Assembly: GCA_947085185.1 (NCBI GenBank)
Contig: CAMTVK010000021.1
Coordinates: 64,001 to 128,000, forward strand
Origin: Candidatus Fraserbacteria bacterium
Lineage (GTDB): Bacteria > Bipolaricaulota > Bipolaricaulia > RBG-16-55-9 > DRXL01
Direction: 5' to 3'
DNA length: 64,000 bases
How positions within the stretch are numbered: the stretch's first letter is position 1; each line of letters begins with the position of its first letter. The translations under genes and the position numbers were made by a program. The notes under the pieces are model-generated. The model saw only the letters and a list, made by a program, of their open reading frames with translations. It was not told the DNA's origin and did not search any database. This document shows positions 28,175 through 37,920 of this stretch, one piece after another.

Positions 28175-29439
28175 CCTACGAAGCGATGTTCCAGAAGCTC
28201 TATAATCTTAAGGGGGCTGGGCTGGATCTGGAGCGCATCTTAAGCGCTCTTGGCGCCCCACACAAGAGCTTTCGCGCGGTGCGCGTGGCGGGCACGAACG
28301 GGAAGGGCTCCGTCTGCGCGTTTCTCGCTCAGATCCTCCAAGAGTCTGGGTTCCGAGTAGGGCTCTTCACATCGCCCCATCTGGTGCGCCCTGAGGAGCG
28401 CATTCGTATCAACAATCGCGAGATCTCACCCCAAGAGTTTCACGCGCAGTTCGAGCGCATCTGGGCAGCAATTGAAGCGTTCTATGGGAGCGCCAGTGAA
28501 CACTATGCGCGCTTCTTTGAAGTGCTTACGTTGATGGCCTTAGATTACTTTCGCAGCCAGAGCGTAGACTGGGCGGTGATCGAGTGTGGGGTGGGGGCGC
28601 GCAAAGACGCCACGCGCGTCGTCTCTTCTGCAATCTCGGTCTTGACCAACGTCGAGCTCGATCATCGCGATTCGCTGGGGGAGACGATCGCGCAGATCGC
28701 TTATCAGAAAGCTGCCGTGGTCTCTCAGGGGGGGATACTGATCACAGCCGAGACCAAGCCCGAAGCGCTGAGAGAGATCGAGCGCGAGTGCCATCTCAAG
28801 AATGCTCAAGTGATTCGGCTTGATCTTTCAGGGCTGCACCCCACATCTTACAGTTGGGATGGCCAACGCTTCGCGTGGCGGGAATGGGACGATCTAGAGA
28901 TCTCACTGTTGGGGAGCTATCAGCTTGGCAATGCCGTCTTGGCGTTGGAGGCCGCGCGCCTTTTGGGGATCTCAGAGAGCGCGATTCGGGCGGGGCTCCG
29001 CAAGACGCGCTGGCCCGGACGGATGGAGTTGCTCCAAAAAAATCCCTATGTTATGCTAGATGGCGCGAAGAACCCTGCTGGGGTTCGGGCCCTGGTGAGC
29101 GCGTTAGAATCGCTAGAGTATAAGAGACTGATCGTGATTTTAGGGATATCAGACCGGAAGGATGCCGAAGCGATGATCCGGGAGATCGCACCGCGGGCGT
29201 CGTCGGTGATCGTCACGCGCGCGGCCTATCGTGGGATTGATCCAGCGCAGCTGGCTCTGCTCATCCGCCCCTATGGGGTGCCCTATGCGTGTGCGGCTAC
29301 GTGCGACCAAGCGCTCCAGAGCGCGTTATCCCAAGCTCATGAGGACGATCTCATCTGCGTGACCGGCTCGCTCTTTGTTGTTGGCGAGATCCGAGCGCGT
29401 TGGAAAGGACTGACACATTCTGTCAAAAATCTCCATTGA
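28171..29439 (+). CDS. folC: Folylpolyglutamate synthase / dihydrofolate synthase
   Basis: VAGTNGKGS, FTSPHL, WPGRME, TGSLF. Confidence 0.93.
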   Translation: MTYEAMFQKLYNLKGAGLDLERILSALGAPHKSFRAVRVAGTNGKGSVCAFLAQILQESGFRVGLFTSPHLVRPEERIRINNREISPQEFHAQFERIWAAIEAFYGSASEHYARFFEVLTLMALDYFRSQSVDWAVIECGVGARKDATRVVSSAISVLTNVELDHRDSLGETIAQIAYQKAAVVSQGGILITAETKPEALREIERECHLKNAQVIRLDLSGLHPTSYSWDGQRFAWREWDDLEISLLGSYQLGNAVLALEAARLLGISESAIRAGLRKTRWPGRMELLQKNPYVMLDGAKNPAGVRALVSALESLEYKRLIVILGISDRKDAEAMIREIAPRASSVIVTRAAYRGIDPAQLALLIRPYGVPYACAATCDQALQSALSQAHEDDLICVTGSLFVVGEIRARWKGLTHSVKNLH

Positions 29440-29782
29440 GAACTTGCAGCTTTTTGGGCATCACGGCGTGCGCGACGACGAGCGCGAGCGCGGCCAGCTC
29501 TTCTCTATTGACGCTGAGATTGAATTCGACTTCCCTCAACACGATGATCTCTCTGAAACAGTAGACTATACTCACGTGATCGAGCGCATCTGTGAGCTCA
29601 ACGAAACGCACACGTTTCGCTTGATCGAGACGTTCGCACACGCGATCGCTGAGAGAATTCTGAGAGATTTTCGGCAGATACGGAACGTCCGAATTCGGGT
29701 GAGGAAGCTCAATCCGGCGATAGCTTCTGGGATCACTCTCGACGCCGTAGCTGCCGAAGTGATACGAACGAGTTCCACCTGA
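29420..29782 (+). CDS. folB: Dihydroneopterin aldolase
   Basis: GHHGV..ER..GQ, TVDY, LIETFA. Homology extends upstream of TTG 29444 to CTG 29420. Confidence 0.88.
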   Translation: MSKISIENLQLFGHHGVRDDERERGQLFSIDAEIEFDFPQHDDLSETVDYTHVIERICELNETHTFRLIETFAHAIAERILRDFRQIRNVRIRVRKLNPAIASGITLDAVAAEVIRTSST

Positions 29783-29793
29783 GCACCGTCTGT

Positions 29794-30300
29794 ATGAGAG
29801 TATTTATCGGCCTGGGGTCGAACCTGGGCAAGCGGGAGGATTTGATCGAGAGGGCTCTTCTGTTGCTGGCGCAGACGCCCGGGATTGTGCTGCGTCGGCA
29901 AGCTGGGCTCTATGAGACCGAGCCCGTGGGCGTGCCTGATCAACCCTGGTTTCTCAATACGGTCATCGAGATCGAGACCGGCTTGGCTCCCCGTGAGCTC
30001 TTGGCGGTGTGCAAGCAGATCGAGCGTTCGTTGGGCAGAGTCCCCCGAGAGCGAGGGGGCCCACGCGAGATCGATCTAGATATCTTGCTCTACGACGACC
30101 TCATCGTGGACGAAGAAGACCTTCAGATTCCCCATGCGCAGCTGCACCGGCGGCGCTTCGTGCTCGTGCCGCTATGTGAGATCGCCCCGAGGGCCGTTCA
30201 TCCGATCTTGCACCAGACGGTCGCTCAATTGCTCCAGAGCTTGGACGACCCCAAGGAGGTGAGGCCCCTACGATCACGGAGATCCTTATCGAAACAGTAG
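29794..30300 (+). CDS. folK: 2-amino-4-hydroxy-6-hydroxymethyldihydropteridine diphosphokinase
   Basis: IGLGSNLG, FLN, PREIDLDIL, IPH...RRFVL.P. Confidence 0.94.
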   Translation: MRVFIGLGSNLGKREDLIERALLLLAQTPGIVLRRQAGLYETEPVGVPDQPWFLNTVIEIETGLAPRELLAVCKQIERSLGRVPRERGGPREIDLDILLYDDLIVDEEDLQIPHAQLHRRRFVLVPLCEIAPRAVHPILHQTVAQLLQSLDDPKEVRPLRSRRSLSKQ

Positions 30301-31484
30301 CCCCAACGACACGCATCGCGCTGCTGGAGGATGGGCGCCTCATGGAGATTCACTATGACGACCCCAAGCGCATCTTGGGCAATATTTATAAGGGCATCGT
30401 GCGGGATATCTTGCCGGGGATCAACGCGGCGTTCGTGGATGTGGGGCTCGATGAAAAGCTCTTTCTCTCGATGAAAGAGCTCAGTGACAATCTCTGGCGC
30501 GAGCATCGTCTGCGCAAAGGGCAGAGCCCGCAGATCCAAAAACTACTCCAGAGCGGCCAACAGATCATTTTGCAAGTGAGGCGTGAGGGGATCGGCACGA
30601 AAAACCCCCAAGGGACGATGAAGATCAGTCTTCCTGGGCGCTACTGGGTCTTCCTGCCCACGGACAAGCGCTTAGGGGTTTCGCGGCGCGTAACGGACGA
30701 CCATGAGAGCCGACGGCTCAAGCGCATCGCGAAGAAGCTCAAGCGTGAGGGCGAGGGACTGATCGCACGCACCGCAGCTCAAGGCGCTTCTGAAGAAGAC
30801 CTCGAGCGAGACTTTAACTATTTGCTAGGGACGTGGAAGGGGATTGAGGAGCAGGCGCAGCGTGCTCAAGCTCCAGCGCTGCTCTATCGCGGGCTCGATC
30901 TCGTGCGCGCGTTCTTGCGGGATCGCCTGCTTGACGACGTGCAGCGCGTCGTAGTGGATAGCGAGAAGACGTACCAAGAGATCAAAGATTTTTTGAACTA
31001 TATGCACATGGAGGAGTTTCTCGATCGCATCGAGCTCTATCGTGGGAAGCGGCCGCTCTTTGAAGCCCGTGGGGTGGAGGAACAGCTGCGGGAGAGCTTA
31101 CAGCCGCGGGTGCGCTTGCCGGGGGGCGGCTCGCTCGTGATCGCCGAGACAGAAGCGCTCACAGCGATTGACGTCAACACCGGCAGCGATATTAAGTATC
31201 CCAACCAACACCAGGCGATCCTCAACACCAACTTAGAAGCAGCGGTGGAGATCCCCCGACAATTGCGGTTGCGCAAGCTGAGCGGGATCATCATCGCCGA
31301 TTTTGTGGACATGAAGCGAAAAGATCACATTGAGAGAGTGATTAAAAAACTCCAAGAGGAGCTGAAGAAGGATCGCGTTCCTGCGGACTTTGTGGACATC
31401 ACGAAGCTGGGGCTGATCGAGATGACGCGCAAGCGCGAGGGGGAGAGTTTAGCAGGGATGCTCGAGGAGGAAGACGAGTCTTGA
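30270..31484 (+). CDS. rng: Ribonuclease E/G family protein
   Basis: GNIYKG..AAFVDVG (S1 domain), TEALTAIDVNTG, GIIIADFVDM. Homologous N-terminus extends upstream of ATG 30342. Confidence 0.9.
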   Translation, partial: TITEILIETVAPTTRIALLEDGRLMEIHYDDPKRILGNIYKGIVRDILPGINAAFVDVGLDEKLFLSMKELSDNLWREHRLRKGQSPQIQKLLQSGQQIILQVRREGIGTKNPQGTMKISLPGRYWVFLPTDKRLGVSRRVTDDHESRRLKRIAKKLKREGEGLIARTAAQGASEEDLERDFNYLLGTWKGIEEQAQRAQAPALLYRGLDLVRAFLRDRLLDDVQRVVVDSEKTYQEIKDFLNYMHMEEFLDRIELYRGKRPLFEARGVEEQLRESLQPRVRLPGGGSLVIAETEALTAIDVNTGSDIKYPNQHQAILNTNLEAAVEIPRQLRLRKLSGIIIADFVDMKRKDHIERVIKKLQEELKKDRVPADFVDITKLGLIEMTRKREGESLAGMLEEEDES

Positions 31485-31545
31485 AAGTGCTGACAAAACA
31501 CGCTAAGATATCTGGCCTTGAACTGGAGACTCAGAACTGTCTCTT

Positions 31546-31620
31546 GGGCGCATAGCTCAGCGGGAGAGCGCCTGCTTCACACGCAGGAGGTCCGAGGTTC
31601 AAGTCCTCGTGCGCCCACCA
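31546..31620 (+). tRNA. tRNA-Val (CAC)
   Basis: Acceptor stem GGGCGCA/TGCGCCC, D-arm TAGCTCAG, anticodon arm CCTGC-TTCACAC-GCAGG, GGTTCAAGTCC, encoded CCA. Confidence 0.97.
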
Positions 31621-33173
31621 TACTCATGCTCGCGGGCTGTCCCTTTGGGCAGAAAGAGCGTCACGATCAGGGCTAAGGCTGCCACAACGAGCCCAACGAC
31701 AAATACCCAGTGGAGCGCCGTCGCGAGGGTCTGTTGGAGCGCTTCTAAGACGGGAGGCGGAAGCTGCGCCCGCGCCGCAGGGCTCAGGAGCGCATCGGGA
31801 TGATGCAAGAGATCCATAAGCTTCTCCGGGAATGCGTTCGCTTGCACGCGCATCTGCGCGCTCAAGACCGCGCCCATCACTGCAACCCCAACGGCGCCGC
31901 CAATGGACCGAAAGAAGACTGTGCCCGAAGTCGCGATCCCCAACTGATCGCGCGGCACAGAAGTCTGAACAGCAATGAGCAACGTGACCATCGAGAACCC
32001 CATGCCCGCCCCAGCTATCGCCAAGTACCCCATCACGGCCAGCCGGCTCGCTTGAGCGCCCAGCGTAGCCAGCCCTATGAAGCCCACTACTAATAAGCCA
32101 ACGCCAAGGAGCGCCGTGGTGCGGTAGCCGATCTTGAAAATCATACGACTCCCCACGATAGAGAACCCCACCCAGCAAAGCATGAACGGCGTCAGTGCCG
32201 TGCCCGCTTCGGTCGCAGTCGTCCCGATCACCCCTTGGACGAAGAGCGGGATGAACGAGAGCGAGCCGAACATCGCCATGCCCACAAAGAAGCCGTTCGC
32301 ACAGGAGACGCTAAAAATTCTGTGACGAAAGAGCGAGAGCGGCACAATGGGCTCTGCGGCGCGCCGCTCCAGAGCAAGAAAGAGCACCATGAAGAGAGCA
32401 CAGACGCTCCAGAGCCCCACCATGACTGCCTCCCCCAAACCCTGCTGCCCTAAGGTGATCAAGAGCAACGTCACAAGGGCCGTGAGCGTGAGAGCTCCGG
32501 CGTAGTCTATAGAGACGTTCTGTCGATGGTCGCGCGGCTCGACGAGCGCCAGGCCGATCAGCAGGGCTGCCGCGATCCCAAAGGGAATATTGATATAAAA
32601 GACCCAGCGCCACGAGAGCTGGTCCGTGATAAATCCGCCAATAAGCGGCCCGATCATGCTCGCCAGCCCCCAGACGCCGCTGAAAAACCCTTGCATCCGC
32701 GCGCGCTTCTCTAGGGGATAGATCTCGCCAATGATGGTCATGCCCAAGGGCAAGAGCGCTCCCGCGCCCAAGCCTTGGATCGCACGGAAGAGCACGAGCT
32801 GGGCCATTGAGGTCGCCGCGCCTGAGAGCGCCGATCCCACAAGAAAGATGGCAATGCCCGCGAGGATAAAGCGCTTGCGCCCATAGAGATCCGACAGCCG
32901 CCCCCACAACGGAACAGTGACCGTGGACGTCAAAATATACGCGGAGAAGACCCAGCTGTAGATGCGCAAGCCCCCTAAACTCGCGATGACCGTGGGCATG
33001 GCCGTGCCCACGACGGTCAACTCCAGAGCTCCCAAGAAGAGCCCAAGCATGACGCCGAGCGTGACGATCTTCTGCTGGGAAGGCGTCAGCGGGACTGGCT
33101 CAGCAACAGCCCTCTCGACGGCAGCCTTCGACTTTGAAGAAGCAACTTCTGTGGGCGATGACGATTCGTTCAT
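31599..33173 (-). CDS. MFS drug:H+ antiporter (DHA2 family)
   Basis: GRLSDLYGRK, FRAIQGLG, WRWVFYINIP; ~14 TM. Confidence 0.92.
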   Translation of the reverse strand: MNESSSPTEVASSKSKAAVERAVAEPVPLTPSQQKIVTLGVMLGLFLGALELTVVGTAMPTVIASLGGLRIYSWVFSAYILTSTVTVPLWGRLSDLYGRKRFILAGIAIFLVGSALSGAATSMAQLVLFRAIQGLGAGALLPLGMTIIGEIYPLEKRARMQGFFSGVWGLASMIGPLIGGFITDQLSWRWVFYINIPFGIAAALLIGLALVEPRDHRQNVSIDYAGALTLTALVTLLLITLGQQGLGEAVMVGLWSVCALFMVLFLALERRAAEPIVPLSLFRHRIFSVSCANGFFVGMAMFGSLSFIPLFVQGVIGTTATEAGTALTPFMLCWVGFSIVGSRMIFKIGYRTTALLGVGLLVVGFIGLATLGAQASRLAVMGYLAIAGAGMGFSMVTLLIAVQTSVPRDQLGIATSGTVFFRSIGGAVGVAVMGAVLSAQMRVQANAFPEKLMDLLHHPDALLSPAARAQLPPPVLEALQQTLATALHWVFVVGLVVAALALIVTLFLPKGTAREHEYGGRTRT

Positions 33174-33208
33174 AGGGAGAGCGAGTATAGCGGAAAGAGC
33201 TCGAGCGC

Positions 33209-34027
33209 TCAAGTCCTAAAGCGATTGATCTCATCTCGAAGGGCCAGCGCTGCTGTTCGGGCGGCTTGCGCAAAATCTTCGCCCTGGGACGCAAAAAGCA
33301 CGCCGCGCGAGACCGCAATAATCCCGAGCTCTTTTTGGGAGTTTACGCTGTTTTTGACAGCGTGCTCAAGGTCGCCCCCCTGCGTGCCCACGCCCGGCAC
33401 TAAGATGGACATCTCGTCGCCGATGATCTGCCGAACAAGAGAGAGCTCGTGCGGGGCCGTCGCCCCAACGACAACACCTACGTTCTTGCGGGTATTCCAG
33501 TGGCGAGCTTTCTCGGCTATGTGCTGATAGAGGGGCTTGCCCCCACAGGTGAGCTCTTGGAAATCCCGCGCTCCGGGGTTGGACGTGCGCACCAAGAGAA
33601 ACGTGCACTTCTCTGAGTATTCAAGAAACGGCGCGACCGAATCGAAGCCCATCAAGGGGTTGACGGTCACGGCGTCGAAGCGATAGTGTTCAAAGAGCGC
33701 TCTGGCGTAAGCGCGCGCAGTGTGCTCAATGTCGCCGCGCTTGGCGTCGGCAATGACTGGGATCTCAGGGGGTATCAGCTCGCGCGTGCGAGAGAGCATC
33801 TCTAATCCTAGGGGGCCGAGCATCTCATAGAACGCCAGATTGGGCTTGTACGCACAGACGAGATCGGCCGTCGCTTCGATGATCGCTCTATTAAATTCTA
33901 AGAGGGCTTTGACGCCGTGGCGCTCGCGCAAAAATGCAGGAAGTCTCGACAGCTCTGGATCGAGCCCGACACAGAGCCAACTGTTATTTCGATGTGCTGC
34001 AGCGCGAAGCTTTTCCACAAAGATCAT
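33209..34027 (-). CDS. pyrF: Orotidine-5'-phosphate decarboxylase
   Basis: LCVGLDP, YKPN, DAKRGDI, RTSNPG, LVPGVGTQGG. Confidence 0.94.
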   Translation of the reverse strand: MIFVEKLRAAAHRNNSWLCVGLDPELSRLPAFLRERHGVKALLEFNRAIIEATADLVCAYKPNLAFYEMLGPLGLEMLSRTRELIPPEIPVIADAKRGDIEHTARAYARALFEHYRFDAVTVNPLMGFDSVAPFLEYSEKCTFLLVRTSNPGARDFQELTCGGKPLYQHIAEKARHWNTRKNVGVVVGATAPHELSLVRQIIGDEMSILVPGVGTQGGDLEHAVKNSVNSQKELGIIAVSRGVLFASQGEDFAQAARTAALALRDEINRFRT

Positions 34028-34091
34028 GGTCGCTCTCCCCGGACCAGAGTATAACTTGTAACTTGGAACTTTTCACTTTAAACTCTCTCGT

Positions 34092-35402
34092 ATGCGTGTG
34101 GTGATCATTGGGGCGGGGGAGGTGGGGCGGAGCATCGCTGCCGCCCTGCAAACAGATCACGATGTCGTGGTCATCGAAAAAGACCCGGAACGACTTCAGC
34201 TTCTGCAAGAGCTCGACGTGCTAGGAATTTCTGGGAACGGCGCGAGCTTAAAGACCCTCAAGGACGCCGGGGCCGACAGAGCCGATCTTGCGATCGCGAG
34301 CACAGATATTGATGAGGTCAACATCGTTGCCTGCGCCGCGGCCAAGCAATTGGGCACAAAAATTACCGTTGCCCGCGTCCAAGACGCCGAGTATCTGCAG
34401 ACCTGGAAGCGCGGCTATCTCGGGGTCGACGAGATGGTCTGCAGTGAACTGATCACATCTCACGCGATCGCTGATGTGATTGGGCTGCGCGGGGCGAGGC
34501 TCTCTGATGAGTTTGCCAACGGGAAGATCTTAATGACCGAGACCGTCGTTGAAGAGAACTCGCCGCTCATTGGGCTGCGCCTGCGCGAAGCTCTCATTCC
34601 CCCCCAGTGCAACGTGGCCAGCATCATTCGGGGAAATTCTGTGATCATCCCCCATGGGGACGACCTCTTGCTTGCGGCCGATCGGCTGGTGCTCATTGGG
34701 ACACCAGAAGCCGTCCATGAGTTTCACCGTCGGCTGAGTCTCTCTCCCCCGGCAAAGGAGGTGCTGATCGTGGGAGGGGGTCGGATCGGCTTCCGGTTGG
34801 CTCAGACTTTGCAGACCCGCGGCTTAAAACCCAAGCTCATCGAGCCTGACGAGGAGCGCAGCCGTTGGCTTGCCGAGAACCTCCCCCACACTCTAGTCTT
34901 TCATGGTGACGGCACAGATATAGAACTGCTCGAGCGCGAGGGGCTCCATCGTTGCGACGTCGCGGTGAGCGTCATTGGAACGGACGAGCGCAATCTCCTC
35001 TGTGGGCTGCTGCTCAAGCGCATGGGCGTCTCGCAAGTGATCGTCCGCGTGGAAGACCCGAATTTCATAGCGATCTTTGAGCGCGTCGGCATCGATATTG
35101 CGATCAACCCTCGGCGGCTGATCGCAGAGGAGATCATTGGGTTTACGCGGGGGCGGATCGAGCGCGCGCTCTCTCTTGAAGAGGACCGCGCGGAAGTGCT
35201 GGAGATCGAAGTCTCTCAACAAAGCCCGCTGATCGGAGTGAAGCTTGCGCGTGCTCCGCTGCCTGTCGGGGTGCTGATCGGCGCGATCGTCCGTGAAGGG
35301 CGCGTGATCATTCCGCGTGGGACCGATGCGCTCCAGCCCGGAGATCACGTGATCGTCTTCAGCACCAAAGAAGCTGCCCCTCAGATTGAGAAGCTCCTAT
35401 GA
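34092..35402 (+). CDS. trkA: Trk potassium uptake protein TrkA
   Basis: Two RCK_N (GAGEVG, GGGRIG) plus RCK_C pairs. Confidence 0.92.
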   Translation: MRVVIIGAGEVGRSIAAALQTDHDVVVIEKDPERLQLLQELDVLGISGNGASLKTLKDAGADRADLAIASTDIDEVNIVACAAAKQLGTKITVARVQDAEYLQTWKRGYLGVDEMVCSELITSHAIADVIGLRGARLSDEFANGKILMTETVVEENSPLIGLRLREALIPPQCNVASIIRGNSVIIPHGDDLLLAADRLVLIGTPEAVHEFHRRLSLSPPAKEVLIVGGGRIGFRLAQTLQTRGLKPKLIEPDEERSRWLAENLPHTLVFHGDGTDIELLEREGLHRCDVAVSVIGTDERNLLCGLLLKRMGVSQVIVRVEDPNFIAIFERVGIDIAINPRRLIAEEIIGFTRGRIERALSLEEDRAEVLEIEVSQQSPLIGVKLARAPLPVGVLIGAIVREGRVIIPRGTDALQPGDHVIVFSTKEAAPQIEKLL

Positions 35403-36865
35403 TACGCCAGTGGGATCTCTCTGTGGACGTGCGGGCGGCGCTGCATTATGTGGGAGGGGTGATCAAATGGTTCAGCGTCGCCTTTGTCGTGCCCCTGATC
35501 TATGCGATTGGTGCTCGTGAGCCCTGGTGGCCGTATGCTCTCTCAGGAGCGATAGCATGGGCAGGTGGCTGGGCTCTTGAGCGCGTTTCGTTCACTGATA
35601 GGGACATTCGAACGCGCGAGGGGTTTTTCGTCGTCGCTTCGGCATGGTTGATCGTTGCCGGGTTGGGAAGCGTGCCCTTCGTGAGCTTGGGAGTTTTGGA
35701 CTTTCTTGATGCGTACTTTGAAGCGATGAGCGGTTTCACGACCACCGGTGCGACGATGATCGCGCACGTGGAGGGGGTGCCCAAGGCGTTACTCTTGTGG
35801 CGAGCGTTCACCCAATGGCTTGGGGGGATGGGGATCATCGTCTTGGCGGTGGCGCTCTTGCCCAAGCTCAGAATTGGCGGCTCCCAACTGATGGACGCCG
35901 AAGCCCCAGGGCCAACGCTGGAGAGACTGACCCCACGCATCCGCGAGACCGCGCGATTGCTGTGGGGCATCTATGTCGGTTTGACCGCGTTAGATGTGCT
36001 CTTGCTCGTCTTTGTCGGGAGGCTCAGCTGGTTCGACGCGGTCGCCCATGCGTTCACCACGCTCTCCACAGGAGGGTTCTCCACGAAAGATAGGGGGTTC
36101 GAGAGCTTCTCCGCTGCAGCCCAATGGATCACCGTGCTGTTTATGGTTATAGGAGGGCTCAACTTCGCGCTGCTCTATAGAGCTCTCATGTGTCGTCAGC
36201 TGCGCGCTCTGGTCACCGACACAGAAGCACGCTTCTATGGGGCGCTCTTGCTGGGAGCCGCTGGAGCTCTTCTCGTGAGTGTGGGGGTCGGGCTCGAAAA
36301 TCTTAGACATAGCGTATTTCAAGCCGTCAGCATCATGACCACAACAGGATATGCGAGTACGGATTTTGAGCACTGGACCCCCGCAGCGAAGATGATCTTG
36401 CTCGTCTTGATGTTTCTTGGGGGGTGCGCAGGGAGCACAGCGGGTTCGATCAAAGTGATTCGGACGTGGCTGGTCTTCCGGTTCATCATTCGGGAGACAA
36501 GAAACGTCATTCATCCCCAAGCGGTCTTGCCCATCCGGGTCAGCGGACGGGTGGTGAGCGAAGAGATCGCGCGAGCGGTCACAGTCTTCGCGATTTTGTA
36601 TGTGACGATCTTTGCTTTGGGAAGTGTGGTGCTCTTGTGGGATGGGGCACGTGCTGGGCTGAATATCAGTATAGTTGAAGCAGCCAGCGCGGTGGCGGCG
36701 ACATTGGGCAACGTCGGCCCGGGGTTTGGGGTCGTCGGGCCGATGGGGACCTATGCCCCGCTGCCGGCGACTTCGAAAGCCCTGTTAATATTTCTCATGT
36801 GGGCCGGCAGATTAGAGCTCTTCCCCGTCATTGTGCTCTTTGTACGCAGCTACTGGAAGGGATAA
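35399..36865 (+). CDS. trkH: Trk potassium uptake membrane protein
   Basis: SGFTTTG, QWLGGMG, STGGFS, TTTGY, GNVGPG, GRLE. Confidence 0.94.
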   Translation: MIRQWDLSVDVRAALHYVGGVIKWFSVAFVVPLIYAIGAREPWWPYALSGAIAWAGGWALERVSFTDRDIRTREGFFVVASAWLIVAGLGSVPFVSLGVLDFLDAYFEAMSGFTTTGATMIAHVEGVPKALLLWRAFTQWLGGMGIIVLAVALLPKLRIGGSQLMDAEAPGPTLERLTPRIRETARLLWGIYVGLTALDVLLLVFVGRLSWFDAVAHAFTTLSTGGFSTKDRGFESFSAAAQWITVLFMVIGGLNFALLYRALMCRQLRALVTDTEARFYGALLLGAAGALLVSVGVGLENLRHSVFQAVSIMTTTGYASTDFEHWTPAAKMILLVLMFLGGCAGSTAGSIKVIRTWLVFRFIIRETRNVIHPQAVLPIRVSGRVVSEEIARAVTVFAILYVTIFALGSVVLLWDGARAGLNISIVEAASAVAATLGNVGPGFGVVGPMGTYAPLPATSKALLIFLMWAGRLELFPVIVLFVRSYWKG

Positions 36866-36866
36866 G

Positions 36867-37478
36867 ATGCGCGCGTTTATCGTGTTAGGACATAAAGCCC
36901 CGGTGATGCCCCAGTTCTCCCTGAATGATCTGCCCGGCAGTGCCGGACGATTAGATATTCTCTGTCGGTGTGTCACGGCCGCGTTCTGTCTGTCGCACGG
37001 GATCCGCCGCGATGTCGCAGTCTATCTTGTCTTACAGAATCAAATTATGCTGCGCTTTGAGGGGGCTTCGTTAAGACATCTCAACCCCGATGAGCGCTCC
37101 ACCGCCGCGCTCATTCAAAGAGCTCTCAAATCGTTCATCGAGCGCACGGGCTCCACGCGAGAGCTCGAGAGCACACCGGGGATCTTTATCTCTGCGGGAG
37201 GGCTCTCCGACGCGCTGGCGCGCGTGACGAGCTTAGGGCTGACGGCCTATTGGCTGCACGAGCGGGGCGTCCCCATCCGTCAGAGTGAGCTCGAGCCCAA
37301 CGCGGCGTTCGTCTTGAGTGACCATCTTGAGTTTTCCCCTGAAGAGGCCGCGATCTTAAGGGGGCTGCCCCAGCTGAGCTTGGGGCCCCTGTCGCTCCAT
37401 GCCGATCACTGTATTGTCATTGCGCATAACGAGCTGGATTTGCGAGCGGGGCTTGCATCTTCCAGCCCTTTGGTCTAA
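36867..37478 (+). CDS. trmY: tRNA (pseudouridine54-N1)-methyltransferase TrmY-like SPOUT protein
   Basis: FSLNDLPGSAGRLDILCRC, LSHGIR, LNPDERS, LSDH, SLGP..LHADHCI...HNELD. Confidence 0.85.
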   Translation: MRAFIVLGHKAPVMPQFSLNDLPGSAGRLDILCRCVTAAFCLSHGIRRDVAVYLVLQNQIMLRFEGASLRHLNPDERSTAALIQRALKSFIERTGSTRELESTPGIFISAGGLSDALARVTSLGLTAYWLHERGVPIRQSELEPNAAFVLSDHLEFSPEEAAILRGLPQLSLGPLSLHADHCIVIAHNELDLRAGLASSSPLV

Positions 37479-37490
37479 GATTAAGAAAAT

Positions 37491-37877
37491 ATGAGGGAAC
37501 ACGAAGGATCGGGCTTCATGGAAGTGCGCGAGGTCCCGCTCGATCTGTTGCATGAGCATGAGCAGATCGAGAGCGAGCGCCTCCGCCAGATCCGTGACGA
37601 GATTCAACGAGAGGGCAAGCTGCGCCATCCCATCTTGGTTGATAAGCGTTTCTTCGTGATCCTTGATGGGCACCATCGCTTTCGCGCTTATAAAGAGCTG
37701 GGGTTCGAGACGATCCCCTGTCTCTTGGTAGATTATCAGTCGGAGATCGTCTCGGTGCGGCCGCGCCGGCCCGATATAGCTGTCTCCAAAGACGAAGTGA
37801 TCCGGCGCGCCTTGGAGGGCAGGCTCTTTCCCCCCAAGACCACCCAGCATATTCTGCACGTCTCTGTGCCCTCATGA
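37491..37877 (+). CDS. ParB/Srx N-terminal domain protein
   Basis: L..HE, PILVD, ILDGHHR, PPKTT.H. Confidence 0.8.
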   Translation: MREHEGSGFMEVREVPLDLLHEHEQIESERLRQIRDEIQREGKLRHPILVDKRFFVILDGHHRFRAYKELGFETIPCLLVDYQSEIVSVRPRRPDIAVSKDEVIRRALEGRLFPPKTTQHILHVSVPS

Positions 37878-37920
37878 TCGAGTTGTCTTGCCCCATGGGA
37901 TGGGAGTACAATAAAGAGAG

